Positions 50,545-61,771 of a DNA stretch of 64,000 nt are shown piece by piece. The DNA is from an uncultured Planctomycetota bacterium (GTDB taxonomy: Bacteria; Planctomycetota; Planctomycetia; Isosphaerales; Isosphaeraceae). Under the pieces are notes generated by a model. That model was given only the letters and a program-made list of their open reading frames with translations, did not search any database and had not been told where the DNA came from. A program made the translations under genes and the position numbers. The DNA is taken from NCBI GenBank assembly GCA_963823665.1, contig CAWGMQ010000004.1, positions 1,536,001 to 1,600,000 on the forward strand, read 5' to 3'. Every line of letters begins with the position of its first letter. The stretch's first letter is position 1.

Positions 50545-51540
50545 TCAGCGCGGTTTCGCCGGACCACCGCGTTTCTCGATGACAGGTTTTTGCAACCGCC
50601 GCCGCGGAAACGCTGCCAGAACCTCCCTGACGCCGTCGGCCGGCAGGAACGACGCACACCCGATCAACATCACGAGCGAAAACGTCCAGAGGCCCATCGT
50701 GGCGCCGATGCCGAGATGGAGAAAGAGCGCCGCCAGAAGCACAAGCGGCCGGAGCAGACGCACCCAGATGAGCACGCAGAACGAAAGCTCAAAGAACAAG
50801 GTGAAATGGCTCAGCAGCTCGATCGCCCAGGGATGCCAGGCCGTCCAGGTCATGTCAACCGACTGGTATTCCAGATTGCCGAAGACGAGCCACATCGCCT
50901 GGCCGTTCCACCAGGCCGTCCCCTGCATTTTCGAAGCACCGGCAAAGAAATACACGATACACATATGAATTTGAATCAGCCTGAGGGCGAAGTTGGCGGC
51001 GATGGAGGGCGGTACCGGCTGCTTGTCCTTGGCCCGGCGGCGGGCCAGCCACGAGTCAACGGAAAGCGCCCTCCCGGAGGGGCCGATCGCCAGGTACAGG
51101 ATGAGCATGCCGATCAGCTTGTCGAGCCCGAACAGGGCCTCGGGAACGCGGTGGGCGAACGAGATCACGACCACGACGGACAGGATCGACGAGATTCGGG
51201 TCCAGAGCCCGATCGTGAACCAGAAGAGTACGGTCATCGAGCAGAAGTAAGCCACCCAGGTCCAGCGCGGCGGCACGGACCACCAAAATGTATACGCATA
51301 CTGATCTTTCAGGATAAAATCGATAAGGTCGCGGTTCATCCACGCGTCCTGGCCGAAAAAATCCTGGAGCGCAGCGCCCCAGATGGCGTGTTCGTAGAGC
51401 AAGACCAGGCCGGTCACGATCCGGATCAGGCCCAGGAGCGATGGATCAACCGGCGTGTACCAGAAATCGTTCCACCCGCGGGCGAGGCTGCCCACGAGCG
51501 TGGCCGGGTACTGCGCGAGTGCGATCAGGGCTCGTCGCAC
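50545..51540 (-). CDS. HTTM domain membrane protein (SdpB-like)
   Basis: LGLIRI, GLWTR, LSVDSW, RLIQIHMCIVYFFAG.SK..G..WWNG, FELSF, FLHLGI. Confidence 0.8.
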   Translation of the reverse strand: MRRALIALAQYPATLVGSLARGWNDFWYTPVDPSLLGLIRIVTGLVLLYEHAIWGAALQDFFGQDAWMNRDLIDFILKDQYAYTFWWSVPPRWTWVAYFCSMTVLFWFTIGLWTRISSILSVVVVISFAHRVPEALFGLDKLIGMLILYLAIGPSGRALSVDSWLARRRAKDKQPVPPSIAANFALRLIQIHMCIVYFFAGASKMQGTAWWNGQAMWLVFGNLEYQSVDMTWTAWHPWAIELLSHFTLFFELSFCVLIWVRLLRPLVLLAALFLHLGIGATMGLWTFSLVMLIGCASFLPADGVREVLAAFPRRRLQKPVIEKRGGPAKPR

Positions 51541-52112
51541 GAGAAGTCTCCCAGGTCGAGCTTGGTGTATGTGAATGGATCATCCAGGCGACCGCCATTG
51601 CGAAACTTCTCCATGGGCATCGGGTAGTGGCTCACGAGTGTGAGGTGCACCTTGGAGGCACCATATTTCCGGCAGAGATGGCGGGCGTAGGACCGGTACC
51701 ATGGCGTGCGGTCATCGACCGGCGCGATGCTGATGTGCTCGGTCAAGAGCAGATGCCGCTGATAGAGCAGGCGGGGCCACAGCGTTGGGTCGGGAATCCG
51801 GCCGGTGACGCTGGATCCATCGGGTCGCACCGCCTCGAACTCCATGAGCATGCTCGAGGAGGGCTCAGGCGCGTAGAAGTTGAACCCGTGGTTCAAGAAC
51901 AGGAACTGAACATAGGGATGGAAGAGCTGCCACGTCGCCAGCACGTAGCCAGCGGCCGGCCCGATCGTTGCGGCCGCGGCGATGATGGCCGTGAAATGCA
52001 GCACGACCCAGACGTTGATGCAATAACGCAACAGCCGGTTGGGCAGCTTTCGCGATGACGTCTCGGGTCGAGACGGCTCCTTGATCGGAGTGCGGGTGTC
52101 GCCACGTTTCAT
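51525..52112 (-). CDS. HTTM partner protein (DUF5819/SdpA-like)
   Basis: Single TM helix; PY...L....FNFYAPEP motif; overlaps the HTTM gene start. Confidence 0.6.
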   Translation of the reverse strand: MKRGDTRTPIKEPSRPETSSRKLPNRLLRYCINVWVVLHFTAIIAAAATIGPAAGYVLATWQLFHPYVQFLFLNHGFNFYAPEPSSSMLMEFEAVRPDGSSVTGRIPDPTLWPRLLYQRHLLLTEHISIAPVDDRTPWYRSYARHLCRKYGASKVHLTLVSHYPMPMEKFRNGGRLDDPFTYTKLDLGDFSCDEP

Positions 52113-52336
52113 CAGACGATCCTCTCTTTTCTGGCATTTGCCATCGATCGGGCCATCTTGGCGTCAGAACGGAAGGAAGTCGAGCAGCGGGATAGGTCGG
52201 ACCACAGAGCGACTTTCCTGGCCGGGATTGGAGAAAACGTTGCGTGTCCGAGATCATTCGTTCTTTTTGCGGGCACAGGCCGTATAATGGAGAACCGGTG
52301 CAAATCCACGGCTGTCCCTCGCGAGGAGCAGGCGTC

Positions 52337-55300
52337 ATGAGCTCGGCGACGCAGGCGAAACCGTACGGCAAATTGCTCGATTACGAGCAATTCATCGACC
52401 ACCAGATCCAGCGCACTCGAAGGCGGATCAAGGTCACCGATATCATCACCGCCAGCCTCACGCTGCTGGTGGCTTTTCTCGGCGTCCTGTTCCTTGAGGT
52501 CGTTCTCGACCATGTCGTGGGGCTCCACGTCGTGTTGCGCCGAATCGTGCTCGCCGCTGGCTTCGCGAGCGCATGCATGTATGCAGCCATTCGCGTTGCG
52601 ATGCCGGTGTTGCGTCGAATCAATGGGATTTACGCCGCGAAGACGATTGAAGACGCCGACTCGGCGTTCAAGAACAGCCTGATCAATTACCTGGAGCTTC
52701 GCAACTACCGGAGCCAGATGCCGAAGGCGATCATGGCGACGCTCGAAGCGCGGGCCGTGGCCGACCTGGCGCATGTTGAGGTCGACACCGTCGTTAACCA
52801 GCAGCGATTGATTCGGACGGCGTATGCGCTTTCGGGCGTGATCGTGGTGTTCTGCCTGTACGCGGCCCTTACACCCAAGAGCATTCTCGACTCGACCCGC
52901 CGAGCGTTCCTGGCCGACGTTGTGCGGCCGACGAATACGCGACTGGTCAACGTGAAGCCGGGGAGCGACCCCGAGCTATCCAAGGTGGTCGCCGGCACGC
53001 CCGTGCCGTTCGCCGTCGACGTGCAAGGCGTTCGGCCGCGAAACGTCGTGCTGCATTTCAGCGTCGACGGCGGCAAGTTTTTCGCCGTCCGAGATTTCGC
53101 CGCCGGTAGCCATCTTTACGATCCCTGGCAGGTGACACTCACGAATGTTCAGCAGAGTTTGGAGTATTACCTCACCGGCGGGGATGCTGAAACGTCGCGC
53201 TATCACCTTGAGGTGCTTCCGGCCCCGACCATCACGTCGATCACCCACGACCTCGCTTTCCCGAAGTACACCAAACTTCCGCCACGGACGGGCGTCGAAG
53301 GCGGGATGATCGAGGCAATCGAGGGGACCACGGTCACCATCCACGCCAGGACGAACATGCCGGCCACGATGGCAACCCTGAATCTCGCCGGTGATACTGC
53401 GCTACAGATGACGATTGACCCCAATGACGCCACCATCTTGACCAAGGATTTCAAGGTAAAGCCGCCCGGGAAGACCCCGACATATACCATCAATTTCCGC
53501 ACCACAGGCGGCCAGCACAATCCGAGCCCCGTCACCTACGACATCCTCTCAATTGCCGACCGGCCACCCACGGCGCGGTTCATTCAGCCCGACAAGCCGG
53601 CGATCAAGGTGCCCGCCAACGTGAAAGTCGACCTGGTCGCGACCGGCAACGACGATCACGGAGTGAAGCAGGCGAATCTCACGGTGCTTGCCAACGATGC
53701 GCATCTGTTCACGAAAGACCTGCTTGAAGGCGTCGAGCCCAAGCCCGAGTTCCGCGTCGTCGAAACGCTCGATCTCGAAAAGCTCCGCATGAAACCGGGC
53801 TCGACGATCCAGTACAAGTTGACTGTCTGGGATAACAAGGACCAGAATTCGAACAAGATGGAGACCGCGCTCCAGCTTATCGAGGTCATCGATCCGGTGG
53901 CCGCGCCGGAAAAGAAAAAGGCCGAGGAGGCCCTGAAGAACCGCGAGCAAGCGGATCCTTCGTCTAACCCTCAGGAGGAGCCTACTCCGGAAGAATCGCA
54001 GCCGAGCGGCACACCGAACGAGCAGGATGCGAAGCCAGACTCGCAGCAGGGGGGCGACAAAGCCGGCGCGAGCAGTGGCAAGTCGAATGAGGCAGGCGGC
54101 GACAAGGCCGACGGCGGCAAAGCGGACGAGACACGCGAAAACGATAAAGGCGAAGGAACCGGGGACAACCAGAACCAGCTCACGAACGACAAACAAAGAA
54201 AGCTCGAAGACATCCTGCGGCGCCGGCCAAGCAAGGAGAACAGTCAGCCCGGTAAAGAGAACGACGCGACGAACTCGCAAGATAAACCCGGCACCGAGCC
54301 CAACCAGGCGGATAAGTCCAACCCCTCAGCGAACGCAGGCAAGGACAATCGAGAGCAAGACCGCACCGACCCCGCATCGGCCAACAAGAAACAGCCCGGC
54401 AAGATGCAAAATTCGGGGCGAACCAATCCGCAAGGCGGCCCACCGTCATCCGGAAACGACGAATCGAACGGCGCCGACAACGAGGTCAAGCGGGGAGAAC
54501 AGTCGAAGGGCCAATCAAAGTCAAGCACCGGCACTGGGAACGACAACAACAGTGGCAAACAGCAGCGGAACGGCGAGCAGCGTAAAGAGCCGGCCGGCGA
54601 TCAAGCCGAGAACAACAATCCACCGAACCAGGGCAAGGACGGCGACGGGAAGAGCGCCGCCAAACCAGGTGATCCGGCGCAGGAGAAACCGCGCGGAGGC
54701 AACGAGCAGGAAAAAGCGGCGAATAATAAATCGTCGCAAAAGGATAAGTCCGATTCCGCGAAGCCATCCGGCGGTGGAAAGAACGGAGACGGCGACGGAA
54801 AGTCCAGCGGAGCGCCCGACGGCAAGGGGAATCGCGACGGTGAGCAAGGTGCCGGTGCCAACTCGGAACAGAACAAAAAAGCAGACGCAGCGGACAACGG
54901 CACAAAAGCAGGCCAGCCCAAGTCGAAGACCGAGAAAAACGCGCCGAACGAGGAAGAACGACGGCGTGACGAAGACGCAAAGAAGGGTGGCGAAAAGGGC
55001 GGTGACAATCGTCAGGCTGGTGGTGGAGAGGGCGGTGAAAAGGGCGGCGATCAGCAGCAGGCCGACAATCAATCGGGCAAAAACGGCCAGCCGAAAGGCG
55101 CTGCGGGCAAATCGAAGACCGAGAAAACCGCGCCGAACGCGGAAGAACGACGGCGTGACGAAGCCGCAAAGAAGGGTGGCGAAAAGGGCGGAGACAATCG
55201 TCAGGCTGGCGGAGAGGGTGGTGAAAAGGGCGGCGATCATCAACAGGCCGACGATCCATCGGAAAAAAACGGCCAGGCGAAAGGCGCTGCGGGCAAAAAC

Positions 55301-57778
55301 GGTGAACAGGGTGGCGGCAATCCCAAGGACGGCGTGCGAAAGAACGACGAATCAGAGCGTCCGTCCACCAAGAAGTCCGCGGATGAGAAGGCGCGCGAAG
55401 CGAATCGGCCTGAGAATCAAGACGGCCAGAACAAGAAAATGACAGGCCAGGGTGGTCAGGAAGACGGCACCCCCAAGAATCGCAAGGAAGGGTCCGACTC
55501 TGCGTCGCGCGATAACAAACCCAAGACGACCGGAGGCAGTGACGCCAAGAGCGCCGGCGACGCTTCAAACGACGCGTCGAAGTCGGGCAACGAAGGCGAC
55601 GCCAGCAACAAGTCGAACAAGACGGGCTCGAACGAGCGCGGCAAGGCTGGAGATCCAAAGAACAAGTCGGAGCAGCCGCGGGCTTCCGATCGAGACACCG
55701 ACCGCCAGATGAGCAAAAACGGGAGCTCGGACAACTCCGACGGAGAGAACAAGAAGACGGACCAATCGACACCGGGCGGCGAGAAGAAATCGAGCGCCGC
55801 GAAGGGCGACCGCTCCAAGACCAGCGCCAAGGGCTCGGACGAGGGAACAGAAGGCGCCAAGAATGGAGCAGAGCAGGGCGGCCAATCCAAGAACGGGCAG
55901 CCGGGGTCGGACAAACCCCAATCCGGCAGTCCCAAGAACGCGAACGGGCAGCAAGGGTCGAACCCGAAGGACGGGAATCCCGACAATGCGACCGAGAGCG
56001 AAAACAAAGAGACTGCTCGCGAATCGGCCGCGCCGAAAGATGCGAAGCCGGACTCGCGTGAGTTGACCAAAGACGGCCAGCCACCCCCGAAGGGCGCAAG
56101 AACCGAACAGGGTGAGACGCCGCGAGACCGGCGCAAGGACCGCGATGACGGCGCGCGCAAGGGCGACGACGATCGTAGCAAGAACGATGACACGAACATG
56201 AAACCCCAGCCGGGTCTACCCGACACCAAGGAAGATGGGGCTCCGAGCGCGAATCCGCAGAAACGCGATCAAGCGCGGATGAATCGCGGCGAGAACGGCC
56301 AGCAGCGGAAAGCCGACGATGCCGCGCCCGAGCGGTCGCCGCAAGAAAAGAATCGTCAGGCGGCCGAGACGCCCAGACGCGACGGTCAAAAGAAAGCGTC
56401 GGAAGATGCGAAGTCGCGCAAGGAAGACGACAGCGAGCAAGCGCGACGCTCGCTGCAGCCAGGCGAACGCGACAAGGCGAAAACGAAGAAGGACCGGCTC
56501 CCAGAGGATGATCCCCAGAAGCAGGACCGGGAGCGGACTCAACAGAAGAGGGATCAGTTCCCGGAAGGCCAGCCCAAGAAGCAGAACCTGGACCCGACCC
56601 AAAAGCAGAACGACAAGCCGGTCGATCCGAATCAAGATCAGCCGACGGCCAGTAACAAGGACAACAACGATCAACAGCAGAAGATGACCGATCAACAAAA
56701 GAACGACCAGAACGGTGAGTCTCCGCCACAGCAAGGAAAGCAAGGACAGCAAGGCAAGCAGCAGGGTGGAGGGCAGGGGAAACAGCAAGGAAACCAGGGC
56801 TCGCAAAAGGGCGGGTCGTCGGAGGATGGCCAGGGCGGTACCAACAGCACTCAGCCGGGCAAGGGCGCGCCGTCCGCGAGCGGATCGGAAACCGGCCAAG
56901 CCGGGGCTGAGGGAAAGAGTCAATCCGGGTCAAAGGGCGAGGAAGGTGCCGAAAGCTCCTCGACCGGCGGCCAGAAGTCGTCGTCCGGCTCGAAGGGGGG
57001 CAAGGAGGGCGGTGAGAACTCGGGCGACGCCGGTTCAAAGGGCCAGGCATCATCGTCCGGGTCGAAGCCTTCAGAGGGTGGAGAGTCTGGATCTGAGTCG
57101 GGGAACAAATCCTCCTCGGGTGGCGAGAAGAGCGACCAATCCTCGGGCGGGAATTCGAGTCAAGGCGGCAAGTCTGGGCAGGGACCGTCGGGCAAACAAC
57201 AGAGCAGCGGCGGCGCGCAGAGTAATCGCGGCGGTGGCGGCGGCCCGGGCGCATCGAGCTCGGGTGCAGAGGGGAAGGACGACAGCAAGGAGTCACCTCA
57301 AGCCAAAGAGCCGGACGACCCCGGCAAGGGTCTGGTGGCTCCCCCAGGAAACGAGCAAAGCGAGCTGACTCTGAAGAAGGTTCACGAATTGCTGAATGAC
57401 CCGGCCGCGCTCAAGGATCTCGAACAGCGAGATGGCATCACGCGCTCGGAGATCGAACAATTCGCCCGCAAGTATGAAAAAATCGCGTCGCCACCGGCGG
57501 GACCAGGGCGCGAGATCAACGTGAAGCCGGGCGAGCAAAAGCCGGCACTACCGTCGCAGGACCTTCCCGAGCTCAACCGTTCCCTGCCGTTCTCGACGAG
57601 GACACAAACCGACCGCGGGAGCATGCCGCAGGATCAGATTGCGAACAACCTCGAGGACTTGCGGTTCCGGCCGCCGCCAGAGCTGCGCGGCAAGCTCTCG
57701 GATTACAACAACAGCCTCGCCAACAAGTTCCCGGGCGGCAAGCGCCCGGCTGCTGCGAAGGCGAAGAACGGCAAGTAG
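52337..57778 (+). CDS. Large membrane-anchored protein (DUF4175-like N-terminus, ~1150-aa disordered G/K/D/Q/S/N tract)
   Basis: GAGGAG RBS; three TM segments; beta-rich region with DRPPTARF and DDHGV; long low-complexity tail. Confidence 0.8.
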   Translation: MSSATQAKPYGKLLDYEQFIDHQIQRTRRRIKVTDIITASLTLLVAFLGVLFLEVVLDHVVGLHVVLRRIVLAAGFASACMYAAIRVAMPVLRRINGIYAAKTIEDADSAFKNSLINYLELRNYRSQMPKAIMATLEARAVADLAHVEVDTVVNQQRLIRTAYALSGVIVVFCLYAALTPKSILDSTRRAFLADVVRPTNTRLVNVKPGSDPELSKVVAGTPVPFAVDVQGVRPRNVVLHFSVDGGKFFAVRDFAAGSHLYDPWQVTLTNVQQSLEYYLTGGDAETSRYHLEVLPAPTITSITHDLAFPKYTKLPPRTGVEGGMIEAIEGTTVTIHARTNMPATMATLNLAGDTALQMTIDPNDATILTKDFKVKPPGKTPTYTINFRTTGGQHNPSPVTYDILSIADRPPTARFIQPDKPAIKVPANVKVDLVATGNDDHGVKQANLTVLANDAHLFTKDLLEGVEPKPEFRVVETLDLEKLRMKPGSTIQYKLTVWDNKDQNSNKMETALQLIEVIDPVAAPEKKKAEEALKNREQADPSSNPQEEPTPEESQPSGTPNEQDAKPDSQQGGDKAGASSGKSNEAGGDKADGGKADETRENDKGEGTGDNQNQLTNDKQRKLEDILRRRPSKENSQPGKENDATNSQDKPGTEPNQADKSNPSANAGKDNREQDRTDPASANKKQPGKMQNSGRTNPQGGPPSSGNDESNGADNEVKRGEQSKGQSKSSTGTGNDNNSGKQQRNGEQRKEPAGDQAENNNPPNQGKDGDGKSAAKPGDPAQEKPRGGNEQEKAANNKSSQKDKSDSAKPSGGGKNGDGDGKSSGAPDGKGNRDGEQGAGANSEQNKKADAADNGTKAGQPKSKTEKNAPNEEERRRDEDAKKGGEKGGDNRQAGGGEGGEKGGDQQQADNQSGKNGQPKGAAGKSKTEKTAPNAEERRRDEAAKKGGEKGGDNRQAGGEGGEKGGDHQQADDPSEKNGQAKGAAGKNGEQGGGNPKDGVRKNDESERPSTKKSADEKAREANRPENQDGQNKKMTGQGGQEDGTPKNRKEGSDSASRDNKPKTTGGSDAKSAGDASNDASKSGNEGDASNKSNKTGSNERGKAGDPKNKSEQPRASDRDTDRQMSKNGSSDNSDGENKKTDQSTPGGEKKSSAAKGDRSKTSAKGSDEGTEGAKNGAEQGGQSKNGQPGSDKPQSGSPKNANGQQGSNPKDGNPDNATESENKETARESAAPKDAKPDSRELTKDGQPPPKGARTEQGETPRDRRKDRDDGARKGDDDRSKNDDTNMKPQPGLPDTKEDGAPSANPQKRDQARMNRGENGQQRKADDAAPERSPQEKNRQAAETPRRDGQKKASEDAKSRKEDDSEQARRSLQPGERDKAKTKKDRLPEDDPQKQDRERTQQKRDQFPEGQPKKQNLDPTQKQNDKPVDPNQDQPTASNKDNNDQQQKMTDQQKNDQNGESPPQQGKQGQQGKQQGGGQGKQQGNQGSQKGGSSEDGQGGTNSTQPGKGAPSASGSETGQAGAEGKSQSGSKGEEGAESSSTGGQKSSSGSKGGKEGGENSGDAGSKGQASSSGSKPSEGGESGSESGNKSSSGGEKSDQSSGGNSSQGGKSGQGPSGKQQSSGGAQSNRGGGGGPGASSSGAEGKDDSKESPQAKEPDDPGKGLVAPPGNEQSELTLKKVHELLNDPAALKDLEQRDGITRSEIEQFARKYEKIASPPAGPGREINVKPGEQKPALPSQDLPELNRSLPFSTRTQTDRGSMPQDQIANNLEDLRFRPPPELRGKLSDYNNSLANKFPGGKRPAAAKAKNGK

Positions 57779-57812
57779 TCCACATCCCTCGTGGGAGGGT
57801 GTGTGCGCAACC

Positions 57813-59479
57813 ATGGCGATCGCTGTTCCGCTCCTGCGCCGGTACCTCGTGGGCTTCGACCCAAAGGAGCTGCCGCACCATTTCACCGATGTTCTGATCA
57901 TCGGCGGGGGGATCGCGGGGTTTCGCTGTGCGCTCGGCCTGCCAGACTCATACCGCGTGCTGGTCGTTACCAAGGACGAGCTGCGCGAGAGCAACAGCCA
58001 CTATGCCCAGGGCGGCATCGCAAGCGTGCTCGATCCCGACGACCGGTTCGACAACCACATCGCCGACACGCTGTCGGCCGGCAAAGGCCTGTGCGATCCC
58101 GAAATCGTCGAGATGGTCGTCCGCGAGGCGCCCTACCGGATCGCCGAGCTGATCGGCTGGGGCACTCATTTCGACGAGGCCGACGGGCACGTCTTGCTCG
58201 GGCTCGAAGGGGGCCATTCGCATGCGAGAATCGTTCATGCCCTGGGAGACGAAACCGGGCGTGAGATCATGCGCGCCGTGATCGCCAGGGCCCGAGCCCG
58301 GTCGAACATCCGCATCTGGAAGAACAGCTTGACGGTCGATCTGATCACGCACGAGGGGCAGTGCCGCGGAGTGCTGGTGTGGGATCGACGTCGTGGGTTC
58401 ACGCTGGTCTGGGCGCGGGCCGTCGTGCTCGCGACTGGCGGGGCGGGCCAGCTCTACCGCGAAACGACCAATCCGCCGATCGCGACCGCCGACGGGCACG
58501 CCATGGCGTTTCGAGCGGGAGCCGAGCTGCGCGACATGGAGTTCATGCAGTTTCACCCGACGGTGCTCTATATCGCCGGATCGACTCGGCATCTCTTGAC
58601 CGAAGCACTGCGCGGGGAGGGGGCGTACCTGCGCGACTCGCGCGGCGAGCGCTTCATGCCGGCACTCCATCCCCTGGCCGAGCTGGCACCCCGGGACGTT
58701 GTTTCGCTGGCGATCGCCGCGCAGATGGCCAGGACCCAGCACCCGAACGTCTACCTCGACCTCTCACATCTCGATCCGGAGCGGATTCGCCGGCGGTTCC
58801 CGGGAATCGACCGGCTCTGCCGCAACTTTGACCTGGACATCACGCGCGACACGATTCCCGTCTGCCCTGGCGCCCACTACATGATCGGCGGGGTGATCAT
58901 CGATTCTCACGGCAGGACGACGGTGAACGGCCTCTGGGCCGCCGGCGAGGTGACCAGCTCGGGCCTCCACGGCGCCAATCGGCTGGCTTCCAACAGCCTG
59001 CTGGAAGGACTTGTCTTCGGCAGCCGGGTTGCAGACGACGTGCTCGCCGCGCTCGATGCAGACGGGCCGCGCCCGCTCGAGGTGCCGCCGGTTGAGGCCC
59101 CGCCGATGCGTGAACGCGAGGCGTGGGATCGACCTCGTCGACCTGCGCGAGTCGCTGCGGGCCCTCATGTGGCGGCGCGTCGGCATCACCCGCGAGGAGG
59201 CCGGGCTCAAAGAGGCCTCGGAGCAGCGTCGACCACTGGGGCCGTTATATCTTACCACTTGAATTTGATGATATCAGCGGATGGACCATGCAGAACATGC
59301 TGCTGGTCGCCCGGCTGATGATCATCTCGGCAAGCCTGCGCCGCGAGTCGCGCGGCGTGCATTATCGCCGCGACTTTCCCGAAACCGATCCGGCGATGAA
59401 CGAGCACTTGAGCCTGACTGCGATTCCTGCCGATAGGGCGGTTGTGGAGAGGCAAGCCGCGAAGAGCAGTCATTCATGA
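57813..59479 (+). CDS. nadB: L-aspartate oxidase (frameshifts near 59120-59230)
   Basis: GGGIAG, SNSHYAQGGIA, EGGHS..RIVH, QFHPT, HYMIGG, GLHGANRLASNSLLE, ESRGVHYR.DFP. Confidence 0.92.
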
Positions 59480-60406
59480 TAGGGCGATGGTTCGCCCGGC
59501 GTGGGGTTTGATCCCAGCAAGGAAAGCCGCTTGGTGGTTCCGTTGAGTTGAACCAGCGGGTCGAGCCACCGCTCCTTGGGAATGATGCGCGGCGAGTAAG
59601 CATGCACAAGCTCTGGCCGCGGAAGGCGCACGTTCGCGAGCTTTTCGGCGATCAGGCAGTTGTCCGGCGGCGTCCAGTCGCGCGAGCACGAAGGCGTCAT
59701 CGGTCATCAAGTCGTCGAAGTTCAAGACGCCGGTCCGCATGCCCTCGCGAAGTGCATCGGCGAATTCATTGTAGATGTAGGCTTCGACCGGCCCGGCCCA
59801 CCAGCGGCTGTTCATCGTTTCAAACAGGGCGACGGCCTGGCGGGCCAGGTCCAGGCTGCCCAGAGCCAGCTTGCCGTCAATCACTCGCAGAGATCCGAGC
59901 ACACCGGCCACGAAGTCGGGCTTCACCACGCCGCAGGCCGTGCCGTCGCGCAGGAAATAGTCCAGCCGGTCGGCACAAAGCCAGGGAAGGGGCTGTTCGA
60001 GCAGCGGATAGACTGAGTCGTCATAGAAATTGCTGGGGACAAACCCCAGGCGGGCAATCGCGCCCGCCAGGTCATCGCGGCCGAGCATGAGCGGTTTCAG
60101 CCGCTCGTGATGGTCCTGCTCGTGCGACGTGACGACGAAGTCAACCGCGTGCGAGAAAGCCGTGTGCGACACGTCGTGCAACAATCCAGCAATCTGCTCT
60201 CGAAGTGGAGCGCTCAACCTGCGCAACAGGGCGAATACACCCAGTGAATGCTCAAATCGGGTCACGTCCTTGAACGGAAACGGCAGCGCCGAGGGCCCGG
60301 CCTGATGGATTCCACGCAATCTCTGAAAAGTCTCACAGGCAATCAGATCAAGAATCGCCGGATCCTCGATTTCAACCTCTCCGTAGACTCGATCCTGCCA
60401 CCGCAT
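59470..60406 (-). CDS. HD-domain phosphohydrolase (frameshift near 59660)
   Basis: D.VYG, FQRLRGIHQAG, RFEHSLG, LLHDVSHTAFSH, ADRLDY; an alternative frame supplies the C-terminus ending at 59470. Confidence 0.82.
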
Positions 60407-60486
60407 CCGGACTCAACTCCTCGAGCTCAATGGCCCAGGCAACGGGCCGAAACAAAAACCGCAGCTTGGGTGTTCTGAATGGATCC

Positions 60487-60532
60487 TCAGGCTGGATGCC
60501 TGACCTTCTTGGACGTCAGGCCCAATGCCTGA
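60487..60532. promoter_or_regulatory. Tandem palindromes TCAGGC-N5-GCCTGA in a divergent intergenic region
   Basis: Copies at 60487-60503 and 60516-60532. Confidence 0.45.
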
Positions 60533-60679
60533 GTGACTCCCCACAGGAATGGTTATAGGGGTTGATTCGATTTTCAAGGGTTCCGTCCGACAATCGAGTC
60601 GTTTCTCCTGAAATATCTATCGGTTATGATAGCGGGCCTCGTTCGGAATTCGGAAAAACAGCCTGGGGAGGGCGAACCC

Positions 60680-61771
60680 GTGAACCTATTCAATACCGGC
60701 CGGCACGCGCTCGGATCACTTTTTGTAACGGCTTTATTCCTGGCCGGTTGCGGTGGCGGCTCTTCCAAAACACCCGAGAACGCCGATGCCACGCCTGGGG
60801 CGGCCGGGCCCAAAGCAACCTCGGGCAGCACGATGCCGCGGTTGATGTTCATCACAAATGGCACGTCCGACTGGTGGAACGCGGTCGAGAAAGGGATGCG
60901 ACGACGGTGGCGCCGAGTTCGGGGCAAATGTCGAGATGAGGCGCCCGGATTCCGAGACTGCCCAGCAGATCCAGAAGATTGAAGACGTGCTCAGCCTGCC
61001 CGACGTTCAAGGCGTCGCGATCTCTGTGCTGGAAGCCGATTCGCCGGGTATCGCGGACAAGATGCAGAGACCTGCAAAAAGCCGGAAAGATCGTGATTTC
61101 GATCGACTCCGATGGGCCCAAGGACACACGCGAGGCTTATATCGGCACTAATAACGTCAAGGCCGGGCGAAGTCGCGGGCAAAGTGGCCAGAACGTTGCG
61201 GCCGCAAGGCGGGAAGACGACGGTCTTTGTGGGCACGGCCGCCGCTGCCAATGCGAGAGAGCGCCGCGAAGGCTTCTTCGTCGGTGCGGGCAATTCGTTC
61301 AGCCAGATCGAGATTTTCGAGGATCGGACGGACCACGCCCGCGCCCAGACAAACGTCGAGACGGCGATCAGCAAGTATCCCGACGCCGGCGTGTTCCTGG
61401 GACTCTGGTCCTACAACGCCCACTTCATCGCCGAGGAAGTTTCCAAGTTCCCCGATATACGGAAGAAAGCGACGGTTGTCACCTTCGACATGGATGAGCT
61501 TGCCGTCGACGACCTCGCCAAGGGCAAGATCGACGCGACCGTCTGCCAGAACCCCTACCAGATGGGCTACCTCGCCGTGCGTCTCCTGAAGGCGATCATT
61601 GTGCACGACGACAAGACCGTCCACGAGATGCTTCCTGCGGGCATCGATACGATCGACACCGGCGTGCGCGTGATCGTTCCGAGCAAGGGCTCGCCCGTGA
61701 AGGGCGACAACGTGATCGACATCGATGAAATGAAGAAGTGGCTCGCCAGCAAGGGGCTGAAGTCGTCGTGA
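60680..61771 (+). CDS. Sugar ABC transporter substrate-binding lipoprotein (RbsB-like; three frameshifts)
   Basis: Lipobox FLAGC; FITNG..DWW; ISIDSD...REAYIGTNN..AG; ARERREGF; GLWSYN; VTFD; CQNPYQMGY. These motifs are spread over successive frames. Confidence 0.8.

Noticed and set aside
54486..57296. Long antisense or alternative-frame ORFs (e.g. 54486-57296, 7504-8871, 24344-25810, 16701-17810)
   Set aside because: They are shadows of real high-GC or repetitive genes, with Arg/Pro-rich translations and no motifs.
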